Below are positions 27,341-35,284 of a stretch of 64,000 bases of DNA, in pieces. This DNA comes from Solirubrobacterales bacterium (GTDB lineage: Bacteria > Actinomycetota > Thermoleophilia > Solirubrobacterales > JACPNS01), in contig JACPNS010000011.1 in NCBI GenBank assembly GCA_016185345.1, forward strand, positions 124 through 64,123. Direction: 5' to 3'. The position numbers were made by a program, and so were the translations under genes. Each line of letters begins with the position of its first letter. The stretch's first letter is position 1. Under the pieces are notes generated by a model. That model ran no database searches. It was not told the origin of the DNA and saw only the letters and a program-made list of their open reading frames with translations.

Positions 27341-28696
27341 CTAAGCGATCGACATCTCTGCGACAAGCAGAGGCGGCGTCAGAACTGATCCGCCGAATGG
27401 AATCCAGCGACGCTCGGCGCCTGCTGCCTGGACTCCCAGAAGCATCGTGATCAGGTCGCTGGCGATCGTCGCCTCGCGCACCGGACCGGCGAGCTTGCCG
27501 TCCTTGATCTCGATCCCGCTGGCGCCGACTGAGAACTGACCGGAAACCGGATTCACACCAGAGTGCAGGCCGACGACGTTGGTCACGTACAGACCATCGC
27601 CGGCCTGCTCGAGGAGTTCTTCAAGCGTTGCGCTGCCCTTCCCGACGATGACGTTGCTCGCGCCCGGTCCAGGGCCACCGCGATACGAGCCGCGCCGCGC
27701 GCTGCCCGTGGAAGCCTTGCCGGCCTCGCGCGCAGTGCGCGAGTCGTAGAGGAAATTCTGGATCACGCCACCCTCGATCAACGGAGTCACGCGTCGGGCG
27801 ACCCCTTCGCCGTCAAACGGAGCGCTCGAGGGACCGCCGTCGATCAACCCGTCGTCGGTCAATGTCAGCACTTCGGAGGCGACTGTCTCGCCATCCTTGC
27901 CGACGAGCGGCGAGCGGCCGCGGAGCACCGCTTCGCCCGAGAGCGCGCCGGAGGCTATGCCGACGAAGCTTGCTGCCGTGAACTCGTCAAGCACAACCGG
28001 TGCCTTGCGGGATTCAGTGCGGCCAGCGCCGATCATCACTACTGCGCGCTCAGCGGCCTCGCGGCCGATTGCATCCGCATTGAGCCCGCCCGGGCCGCGC
28101 GCGATGTCCAGGCCAAGGCCGGTCATCAGCGCGTCGCCCTTGCCGGCGAAGGCAGATGAGTAGGCGTAGGCGCCTGTGGACTCATAGGAGTCCGTGAAGC
28201 CGTTGCTGTTGGCGATCGCGACGATCGAGCGTTCGTCGGCGTAGATCGTCTGTTCGACCTGGCTGACGCGCTCGTCAAAGGTGCGGGCTGCGTGATCGAC
28301 AGCAATCGCGAACTCGACCTTGCGCGCGGTGTCCCAGTCCTCGAACTCGGCGGCGATCAGGCTTCCTGCCTCGCCGCGGCCGGTCAGCTCGGGTAGACCT
28401 GCGAACTCATCTGGGTCCGAAACCTGAGCAAGCTCGACTGCGCGCGTGGCGAGCGTCTTCAGGTCGTCTTCCTTGAGTGAAGTGGTGAAGGCGTAACCGC
28501 TACGGCCTTCGGATGCGAACGCACGCACGCCGATGCCGCGACTGCCGGCCTCGGTGAGGCTTTCGACTGCGCGGTCGTAAACGCGAATCTCGACGTCTCG
28601 CTCATCCTGGCCGTAACCCTCGGCCGATGTCGCTCCGGCGTCGAGCGCCAGCTCAACTGCGCGCGCCGCTGCTGCTTGAATATCTGTCGCGCTCAT
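27341..28696 (-). CDS. pmbA: PmbA/TldE-family metalloprotease subunit
   Basis: ATG 28696 forms a TGATG overlap with the tldD stop. It is a TldD/PmbA-family sequence paired with tldD. Confidence 0.85.
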   Translation of the reverse strand: MSATDIQAAAARAVELALDAGATSAEGYGQDERDVEIRVYDRAVESLTEAGSRGIGVRAFASEGRSGYAFTTSLKEDDLKTLATRAVELAQVSDPDEFAGLPELTGRGEAGSLIAAEFEDWDTARKVEFAIAVDHAARTFDERVSQVEQTIYADERSIVAIANSNGFTDSYESTGAYAYSSAFAGKGDALMTGLGLDIARGPGGLNADAIGREAAERAVVMIGAGRTESRKAPVVLDEFTAASFVGIASGALSGEAVLRGRSPLVGKDGETVASEVLTLTDDGLIDGGPSSAPFDGEGVARRVTPLIEGGVIQNFLYDSRTAREAGKASTGSARRGSYRGGPGPGASNVIVGKGSATLEELLEQAGDGLYVTNVVGLHSGVNPVSGQFSVGASGIEIKDGKLAGPVREATIASDLITMLLGVQAAGAERRWIPFGGSVLTPPLLVAEMSIA

Positions 28697-30102
28697 CAGG
28701 CTGTACCTCCAACCGTCAGTTCGCGCAGCAGGACGTGCGGTTGCCCGACGCCGGCCGGGACGCGCTGACCTGCCTTGCCGCAATAGCCCGTGGCGAGCTT
28801 CAGGTCGCCTGCGATCGCTTCGATCTGCCAGAGCGCCGCGAGGCCATTGCCGGTCAGCGTCGCGCCGGTGACTGGCTTGGTCACACGACCTCCTTCGATC
28901 AAATAGCCCTCGGAGACTCCGAACACGAAGTCGCCGGTCGCGGGCTCCACCTGGCCTCCTCCGAACGAAACGGCATAAAGCCCAATACCGGCGGCTTCAA
29001 TCAAATCGGCCACCTGTTCGTCGCCGGGAGCAAAGTAGGTGTTGGTCATGCGCGGGACGGGCAGGTGACGGAAGGATTCGCGCCGGCCGTTACCGGTCGA
29101 GACGACGCCGTCCTTCTGGGCGCTGCGGCGGTCATGCAGGAACGAGCCGAGCACGCCGTCTTCGAGAATCGGGATCTGCTGCGTGGGCATTCCCTCGTCG
29201 TCGATCCCGTCGGTACCCCACTCGCCCGGCTTGCGGCCGTCGTCGTAGGCATTCACAAACTTCGGCGCGAGCTGTTCGCCGATCTTGCCTGCGTAGACGC
29301 TCGCGCCCTTCTGCACGGCGTCAGCTTCGAGGCCGTGGCCCACTGCCTCATGCAGCAGGACGCCGCCAAAGCCATTTCCGACAACGACCGGCATCTTGCC
29401 TGCTGGTGCCGGGACCGCGTCGAGAGCGGTGAGTGCCTTCCGCGCGGCACTGGCCGCGATCTTCGTCGGGTCGTCCGCGATCAGTTCGTAGCCAACGTGG
29501 CCGCCGAGCGTTTCGGTGCCGTTCTCGATCCGGCCGTCACGCGCGGCGATCGCCTGAACGGCAAGGCGCACGCGGATCCGATCGTCGCCGGTTGCGAGTC
29601 CTTCAGAGTTGTAAATCGTGACCGTGCGACGGTTCTCGCCGAAACCGGCAGAAACCTGGGTGATTTCCCCACCGGCGGCGCGAGCAGTCTCATCGCAGGC
29701 GCGCAGCATCTCGATCTTGGCGACAAGCTCGACCTCTTCGGGAGGCAGGGTGACCCGCTGCGGCGCAACGCGTGCGGCGGACACAAGCGTGACCTCCTTG
29801 GAGGCTCCAGACTTCGATGCCTGGGACAGCGACTGGGCCAATTCGATCAGCTCGGGCTCTGCGAGCGAGTCAACGTGTCCGAAGTACGTCGCATCGCCGA
29901 CAACCAGGCGAACACCGACGCCTTCCTCAGCGCCGTCGGACGCGCCTTCGAGGCGCCCGTCATCGAACTGAACGGACAGGCCGTGGCGCCGTTCGGCGTA
30001 GACCTCGGCGAAGTCACCGCCATTCTGCAAAGTCCGCGCGATTACGCGCTCGGCAACGCCCGGATCAAGTAGTGGAGTCTCCTGCGGTAGCGACATCGGC
30101 AC
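28696..30102 (-). CDS. tldD: TldD-family metalloprotease
   Basis: 468 aa. GVLLHEAVGHGLEAD is the HExxxH motif of TldD. Confidence 0.9.
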   Translation of the reverse strand: MPMSLPQETPLLDPGVAERVIARTLQNGGDFAEVYAERRHGLSVQFDDGRLEGASDGAEEGVGVRLVVGDATYFGHVDSLAEPELIELAQSLSQASKSGASKEVTLVSAARVAPQRVTLPPEEVELVAKIEMLRACDETARAAGGEITQVSAGFGENRRTVTIYNSEGLATGDDRIRVRLAVQAIAARDGRIENGTETLGGHVGYELIADDPTKIAASAARKALTALDAVPAPAGKMPVVVGNGFGGVLLHEAVGHGLEADAVQKGASVYAGKIGEQLAPKFVNAYDDGRKPGEWGTDGIDDEGMPTQQIPILEDGVLGSFLHDRRSAQKDGVVSTGNGRRESFRHLPVPRMTNTYFAPGDEQVADLIEAAGIGLYAVSFGGGQVEPATGDFVFGVSEGYLIEGGRVTKPVTGATLTGNGLAALWQIEAIAGDLKLATGYCGKAGQRVPAGVGQPHVLLRELTVGGTA

Positions 30103-30137
30103 ACAGTACGAAAAGTGGCCGACCAGTCGGCCACACT

Positions 30138-30305
30138 ATGTCCATGGTCGCCAACAGGATCGCCTGGTCCGTCACAGCTGCTCTCTTCGTGATCGTCGCG
30201 ATCACGCTCTTCCTGTCGGGCTACAACGGCTACGGCGGCGTGTTCCTCGCCGTCGCTGCAGCAGCGGCCGTGAACCTCATCCCGTTCGGGAACAAAAAGA
30301 GCTAA
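30138..30305 (+). CDS. Possible small two-TM membrane protein (55 aa)
   Basis: MSMVANRIAWSVTAALFVIVAITLFLSGYNGYGGVFLAVAAAAAVNLIPFGNKKS. The upstream part of the ORF-track version is antisense to tldD. Confidence 0.35.
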   Translation: MSMVANRIAWSVTAALFVIVAITLFLSGYNGYGGVFLAVAAAAAVNLIPFGNKKS

Positions 30306-30886
30306 GCGGGCAGCGAGTCGAGCCAGCGCAGCAGAGCTCGCGCTGCACGACCTCGGTGGCTGATCTTGTCCTTCTCTTCCTGCGTCAGCTCGGCCATCGT
30401 TCGGCCGTCGTCGTAATCGTCGGGCACGACCGCCGGGTCGTAGCCAAAGCCGCCCTCGCCGCGCTTCTCGTCGATCAACGTTCCGCCGCAACGGCCTTCG
30501 AAGACCTGTTCACGGCCTCCAGGCTCCACGTATGCGACGGCGCACACGTATTCAACAGTGGCGTCGTCGGTCTTGGCAATCTCCGCCATCAACTTGTCGA
30601 GATTGGCTTCGTCGCCCGCAGCCGCCCCGGCGTAGCGAGCGGAATAGACGCCGGGAGCGCCATCCAGCGCCGGCGCCACGATCCCTGAGTCGTCAGCGAT
30701 AGCCGGCATGCCGGTTGCCTCAGCTGCGGTTCTTGCCTTTGTTAGCGCGTTGGCCGCAAAGGTTTCTCCCGTCTCCGGCGGCAGGACAACTTCATCGGGC
30801 AACGGCACGACATGCCATCCCGGAAGCAGGCCATTGAACTCTCGAACCTTGTGGTCGTTGCGGGTTGAGAGGACGAGCTCAGGCAT
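30302..30886 (-). CDS. rdgB: Non-canonical purine NTP pyrophosphatase (RdgB/HAM1)
   Basis: MPELVLSTRNDHKVREF...ETGETFAANALTKA...GFGYDP...LTQEEKDKISHRGRA. Confidence 0.9.
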   Translation of the reverse strand: MPELVLSTRNDHKVREFNGLLPGWHVVPLPDEVVLPPETGETFAANALTKARTAAEATGMPAIADDSGIVAPALDGAPGVYSARYAGAAAGDEANLDKLMAEIAKTDDATVEYVCAVAYVEPGGREQVFEGRCGGTLIDEKRGEGGFGYDPAVVPDDYDDGRTMAELTQEEKDKISHRGRAARALLRWLDSLPA

Positions 30887-30890
30887 TGGA

Positions 30891-31619
30891 CTATCCGGGC
30901 AGCTCTGCACCAACGGCGGTCGCCTGGGCTACGCGCAGTTCGGCGATTCCCTTGGCCGAGAGTTCCAGCAGCTCGTCGAGCGAAGCCTTGGACAGCGGCG
31001 TGCGCTCGGCAGTTGCCTGCACTTCGACGAGTCCGTCGTCGCCAGTCATCACGACGTTTGCGTCAACGTCGGCCTGCGAGTCCTCGATGTATTCAAGATC
31101 CAGCAGCGCCTCGCCGTCAACGATTCCCGCCGAGATCGCCGCGACCGAGGTGATCAGAGGCATCTCCTCGATGTCGCCGGCCTCGATCAGCTTCTGCAAC
31201 GCAAGGTGAAGGGCGACGTATCCGCCGGTGATCGACGCGCAGCGCGTGCCGCCGTCGGCGGTCAGCACGTCACAGTCAACGTAGACCGAGCGCTCGCCGA
31301 GCAGCTCCATGTCGATCGCACAACGCAGACTGCGTCCGATCAAGCGCTGGATCTCGACCGAGCGACCGTCCTGCTTGCCCTTGTCGCGACGCTTGCGTTC
31401 GCCCGTGGAAGCCGGGAGCATCCCGTATTCGGCAGTGACCCAGCCGCTGCCCTTGCCGGCCATCCACTTGGGGACGTTGGTGTCAACGGACGCGGTGCAG
31501 ATCACGCGCGTCTCGCCGATTGAAATGAGTGCCGAGCCGTCGGCCGTGTTCACGAAGCCGGGCTCGATCGTGATCGAGCGGGCCTCATCGTTTGTTCTTC
31601 CGCTGTGGCGTGTCATCAA
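30891..31619 (-). CDS. rph: Ribonuclease PH
   Basis: RTNDEARSITIEPGFVNTADGSALISIGETRVICTAS...VDCDVLTADGGTR matches the RNase PH signature. Confidence 0.95.
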   Translation of the reverse strand: MMTRHSGRTNDEARSITIEPGFVNTADGSALISIGETRVICTASVDTNVPKWMAGKGSGWVTAEYGMLPASTGERKRRDKGKQDGRSVEIQRLIGRSLRCAIDMELLGERSVYVDCDVLTADGGTRCASITGGYVALHLALQKLIEAGDIEEMPLITSVAAISAGIVDGEALLDLEYIEDSQADVDANVVMTGDDGLVEVQATAERTPLSKASLDELLELSAKGIAELRVAQATAVGAELPG

Positions 31620-31672
31620 CGGAGGATCTTATGAGGATCCCCCGCCGATGCACACCGATGGCAATCGATCAA

Positions 31673-31894
31673 TCAGAGAATCTTGCCGAGCGCTCCCGTG
31701 ATGCCCTGGATCAGCTTGCTGCCGATCTTGGTGGCGAAGCCGAGTCCGTCGAGGCCGGTGAGGATCAACCCGATGCCCGTACCGAGCACGACGGTCAGGC
31801 CGACGTACTCGACTGTGGCCTGGCCACGCTGGTCCTTGGCGGCGTAGTACCGATTAGTGGCCCAGGCGGCCGCGCGTAGTGAAAGCTGCTGCAT
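31673..31894 (-). CDS. Flp/Fap-type prepilin-like protein
   Basis: 73 aa. ...KDQRGQATVEYVGLTVVLGTGIGLILTGL is the G/xxxxEY class III signal motif followed by a hydrophobic helix. An AGGAG Shine-Dalgarno sequence lies upstream of the ATG. Confidence 0.6.
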   Translation of the reverse strand: MQQLSLRAAAWATNRYYAAKDQRGQATVEYVGLTVVLGTGIGLILTGLDGLGFATKIGSKLIQGITGALGKIL

Positions 31895-31949
31895 TTTCTG
31901 TCTCCTAGTTGGAATTCGAGAGGTCGCTTCCGATCATCCAGATCTGCGC

Positions 31950-31965
31950 GTAACGGTTCAAGACC
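31950..31965 (-). repeat. Copy 2 of the exact 16-nt box, 55 nt upstream of the flp-like ATG
   Basis: Plus strand GTAACGGTTCAAGACC. With its flank GCGC, it gives 20 nt identical to copy 3 (31946-31965 vs 54213-54232). Confidence 0.9.
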
Positions 31966-32050
31966 TCTTCTGACCAACTCTGTGACGACTGGGTAAATCT
32001 TCTGCTCACGCAAGTCCGTTGCCGCCCGGCGATAGCGTTCGCGCAAGCAG

Positions 32051-32998
32051 ATGCGCGTCCTGGTCGTCACCAACATGTACCCCACGCGAGAGCGCCCGGA
32101 GTTCGGTGTCTTCGTGCGCGACCAGCTCGAGGCGCTCGGGCGCATCCCGGGGATCGAACCAGAGCTCTACGTATTTGAGGGCGGCGGGATCAAGGCCTAC
32201 CGCAAGGCCGTCAAGCCGCTGAAGAAACACCTCGCCGAACGCCACTACGACGTAGTCCACGCGCACTACGGATTGACGGGCTGGGTCGCGCGCAAGGCGG
32301 GCGCCAAGCCGCTGCTCGTGACGCTCCACGGCACCGACGTCCACGACAAGCGCGCCGGCAAGATCTCGCGCTCGGTCGCCAAGAAGGCCGATCAGGTTGC
32401 AGTCGTCTCCGAGGACCTCGGGCGCGCGCTCGGCAAGCTCAAGACGAAGCGGCCGATCGCCGTTATGCCGACAGGCGTCAGCCTCGAACGCTTCGAAGAG
32501 CGACCGCGCGAAGAGGCACGCCGCGCCCTGGGCATCGACCCCGAGGGCAGCTACATCCTCTTCCCCTTCAACCCCGATCGCCCGGTCAAGCACCACGATC
32601 GAGCAGTCGCTGTTGTCGAGGGCATCGAAGACCTTGAAATCCTCACGCTCGGCAACGTCCCGCCCGATCAGGTCGTCAACTACATGAACGCGGCAGACGC
32701 AACGCTCGTGCCGTCTGAGTACGAGGGCTTCGGCCTCGCCGCGCTCGAGACCCTCGCCTGCAACGTGCCGGTTGTCGCCACGCCGACCGGCATGGCCAAT
32801 GACCTGCTCAAAGACGTCGAAGGCGCCTACTGCATCGAATGGGATGTGGACCGCTGGCGCGCCGCAGTCGAATCGATCCTCGAAGACCCGGACCCGCGCG
32901 TGAACGGCCGCCCGGTCGCAGAGCGCTGGTCCACCGACGCCATGGCCGCGCGCGTCGTCGATCTCTACCAGCGCGTTGCCAGCGGCGACGCGACATGA
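32051..32998 (+). CDS. Glycosyltransferase, GT4 (GT-B fold) family
   Basis: MRVLVVTNMYPTRERPEFGVFVRDQ...VPSEYEGFGLAALETLACNVPVVATPTG is the EX7E region. Confidence 0.8.
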   Translation: MRVLVVTNMYPTRERPEFGVFVRDQLEALGRIPGIEPELYVFEGGGIKAYRKAVKPLKKHLAERHYDVVHAHYGLTGWVARKAGAKPLLVTLHGTDVHDKRAGKISRSVAKKADQVAVVSEDLGRALGKLKTKRPIAVMPTGVSLERFEERPREEARRALGIDPEGSYILFPFNPDRPVKHHDRAVAVVEGIEDLEILTLGNVPPDQVVNYMNAADATLVPSEYEGFGLAALETLACNVPVVATPTGMANDLLKDVEGAYCIEWDVDRWRAAVESILEDPDPRVNGRPVAERWSTDAMAARVVDLYQRVASGDAT

Positions 32999-33008
32999 TC
33001 ACCGCACG

Positions 33009-34487
33009 ATGAAGAGCAGTCCAGAAGTCGCCGTCGTGGGCGCGGGATCGGCCGGCCTTTACGCAGCGCTGACCGCAGCACGAGAGGGCGCGCGAACCGT
33101 GCTCGTCTCACAGGCGGCGCTCGCCACCACGGCCAGTTACTGGGCGCAGGGCGGGATCGCAGCAGCGCTCGGAGAGGACGACTCGATCGAGCTCCACCAG
33201 GCCGACACGCTTGCCGCAGGTCGCAGGCTCGGGCGCGCAAGCGCCGTCCGCGCACTGGTCGAGGGCTCGCCCGCGGCAGTAGAGGACCTGATCACACTCG
33301 GCGTGGACTTTGACCGCGAGAGCGGCCACCTTGCGCTTGGGCTCGAGGGCGGACACAGCCGTCGCCGAGTCGTGCACGCCGGAGGCAGCGCAACCGGCCG
33401 GCGCATCACGCGTCAGCTCTCGGCCAAGGTTGCCGAGCACCCACTGATCGACGTGATCGAACATGCCTCGGCGAGGGCGCTCGTGATATCGGATGGTCGA
33501 TGCGTCGGCGTGCGCGTCGAGGTCAATGGCGAGTCGCGTACGATCGCCGCGCGGGCGATTCTCCTTGCGACTGGTGGCTCGGCAGCGCTTTGGGCGCGAT
33601 CGACCAATCCTCCCGCCGCGGTCGGCAGCGGCCTGCTGATGGCGCACGCGGCTGGAGCTGAACTCGCCGACCTCGAGTTCCTCCAGTTCCATCCCACAGC
33701 GCTGCTCTCGCAGTCGCGCAATCAGGGCTTCCTGATAACCGAGGCAACGCGCGGCGAAGGCGCGACGCTCGTTGACGAGACCGGCGAGCGATTCGTCGAT
33801 GAACTCGCAGCTCGCGACGAGGTCGCCGCCGCAGTCGAGCGCAAGATCGCCGGAGGCGACGGCCCAGCCAGTGCAGTCTTTCTGGACCTGCGACAGATCG
33901 ACCCGGTGCTCTTTCCCAACGTATTCGCGAAGATCGAAGAGGCTGACATCGACCCGCGCAAGGATCTCGTTCCGATCGCCCCAGCCGCGCACTACACGAT
34001 GGGCGGGATCGTCGCAGACATCAACGCGCGTTCGACCGTCCCTGGCCTACTTGCCGTCGGCGAGTGCTCGTGCACCGGCCTGCATGGCGCCAATCGACTG
34101 GCCTCAAATTCACTCGCCGAATGCATGGTCTTCGGGCGCCGCGCCGCGCTCTCGGCACTCGCCGAGGAGTCGCCGCCACGAGAGATTTTGCGTCGCGTGG
34201 ACGCCGGTGAGGTGGTGGCTGCCGAATATCTCCCGGATCCCGATCCCGCGGCCACGCGCGAGCTTCTCTGGAGCAGCGCCGGCATCGAACGCGATGCCGA
34301 TGGCCTGGCCAACCTGGCCTCCAGCGCGAACCCGCTCGTGCGTCTGATCGGGGCAAATTCACTGGCGCGCAAAGAGACTCGCGGCGCACACCACCGGAAA
34401 GACTTCCCCGCGATCGACCCCGCCCTCGACCTTCAGCACTTTGTATTGCGGGGCGACAGCGCACCCGTCGCCCGTCGTTGGGAATAA
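33009..34487 (+). CDS. nadB: L-aspartate oxidase
   Basis: VAVVGAGSAGLYAAL is the FAD dinucleotide fold. HYTMGGI and GLLAVGECSCTGLHGANRLASNSL are the NadB/succinate dehydrogenase flavoprotein motifs. Confidence 0.92.
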   Translation: MKSSPEVAVVGAGSAGLYAALTAAREGARTVLVSQAALATTASYWAQGGIAAALGEDDSIELHQADTLAAGRRLGRASAVRALVEGSPAAVEDLITLGVDFDRESGHLALGLEGGHSRRRVVHAGGSATGRRITRQLSAKVAEHPLIDVIEHASARALVISDGRCVGVRVEVNGESRTIAARAILLATGGSAALWARSTNPPAAVGSGLLMAHAAGAELADLEFLQFHPTALLSQSRNQGFLITEATRGEGATLVDETGERFVDELAARDEVAAAVERKIAGGDGPASAVFLDLRQIDPVLFPNVFAKIEEADIDPRKDLVPIAPAAHYTMGGIVADINARSTVPGLLAVGECSCTGLHGANRLASNSLAECMVFGRRAALSALAEESPPREILRRVDAGEVVAAEYLPDPDPAATRELLWSSAGIERDADGLANLASSANPLVRLIGANSLARKETRGAHHRKDFPAIDPALDLQHFVLRGDSAPVARRWE

Positions 34488-34614
34488 AAAAGAGCGCTCC
34501 GGACAGATCCAGTCGGCCGTTTCGCACGTATATCTCTTGGGTAAACAAACGTTGGTCCGTTTAGCCGCAGAAATATCCCCAACCAAGCAGCGTTTTTGGG
34601 ATGATACGAAGCGG

Positions 34615-34629
34615 TTAAGCAGTGCTTAA
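34615..34629. promoter_or_regulatory. Perfect palindrome TTAAGCA-G-TGCTTAA in a low-GC intergenic region
   Basis: Read directly from the sequence: 7-bp arms with a 1-nt centre. Confidence 0.5.
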
Positions 34630-34692
34630 TGAAGCCGTACCAGGATATTCACGGTTATACGAGATACTTGATCCACGGCTTCTGAAGTACCC

Positions 34693-34715
34693 CAATTGAC
34701 CCCCCCCCTCAATTG
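34693..34715. promoter_or_regulatory. 7-bp inverted repeat flanking a C9 homopolymer (CAATTGA-CCCCCCCCC-TCAATTG)
   Basis: Read directly from the sequence. It ends about 40 nt upstream of ATG 34755. Confidence 0.5.
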
Positions 34716-34754
34716 AGAGCCGCAGCCAGTCCATCCGCACGAAGGGAGCATCAC

Positions 34755-35231
34755 ATGTACGCACTGAGCAGGGCCCTTTATAAGGACGTCTCTCCCTACA
34801 TCACGACCGAGCACGTAAACGGTGTCAACCACGACGTGCGCGGGAACGTATTGGAGGCATGTGAGCAGACGATGGACAGGATCGCCGATGACTGGCGCTA
34901 CTTCCATCACCCTGACCGCTTCCTCTTCGAGCAGGTTCGCGCCTACTTCCCCATCACCGACCAGCTGGTCGTCTACAACTTGATCGCCAAGCACGTAGAC
35001 CGCGCCCTGCAGGTCACCAAGACCTACGCCGCCCGTGGCTACAAGCCCGACGGTTCTCGTCTGCGCTGCCGCGCAACTACCAGGCGCAGCACCCCATGCA
35101 TGCGCAACATCGTGCCGGGCACGGAATACTGCCCGTCGCACCAGCACCTCGCTGAACCCCACTTCATCGAGGACGGCCTCGAGATCCCAGCGCGCATTCA
35201 CGGCGCAGAGACTCACGCCGACGCTGCCTAG
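34755..35231 (+). CDS. Hypothetical protein with a C-terminal Cys3-His motif
   Basis: GAAGGGA Shine-Dalgarno sequence, then ATG 34755 (MYALSRALYKDV...). The C-terminal motif is RCRATTRRSTPCMRNIVPGTEYCPSHQH. Confidence 0.55.
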   Translation: MYALSRALYKDVSPYITTEHVNGVNHDVRGNVLEACEQTMDRIADDWRYFHHPDRFLFEQVRAYFPITDQLVVYNLIAKHVDRALQVTKTYAARGYKPDGSRLRCRATTRRSTPCMRNIVPGTEYCPSHQHLAEPHFIEDGLEIPARIHGAETHADAA

Positions 35232-35284
35232 AGACTCATCCCTTCGATAGCTGGACTGTCACAACGGGAGCCGCAAGGCTCCCG

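Noticed and set aside
31907-31979. Inverted repeats flanking the putative flp promoter, considered as a site-specific invertible (phase-variation) switch.
   Set aside because: The bracketed segment is only about 36-50 bp and no invertase or recombinase gene is nearby. Known invertible promoters are considerably larger. It is retained only as an operator or leader-structure hypothesis.
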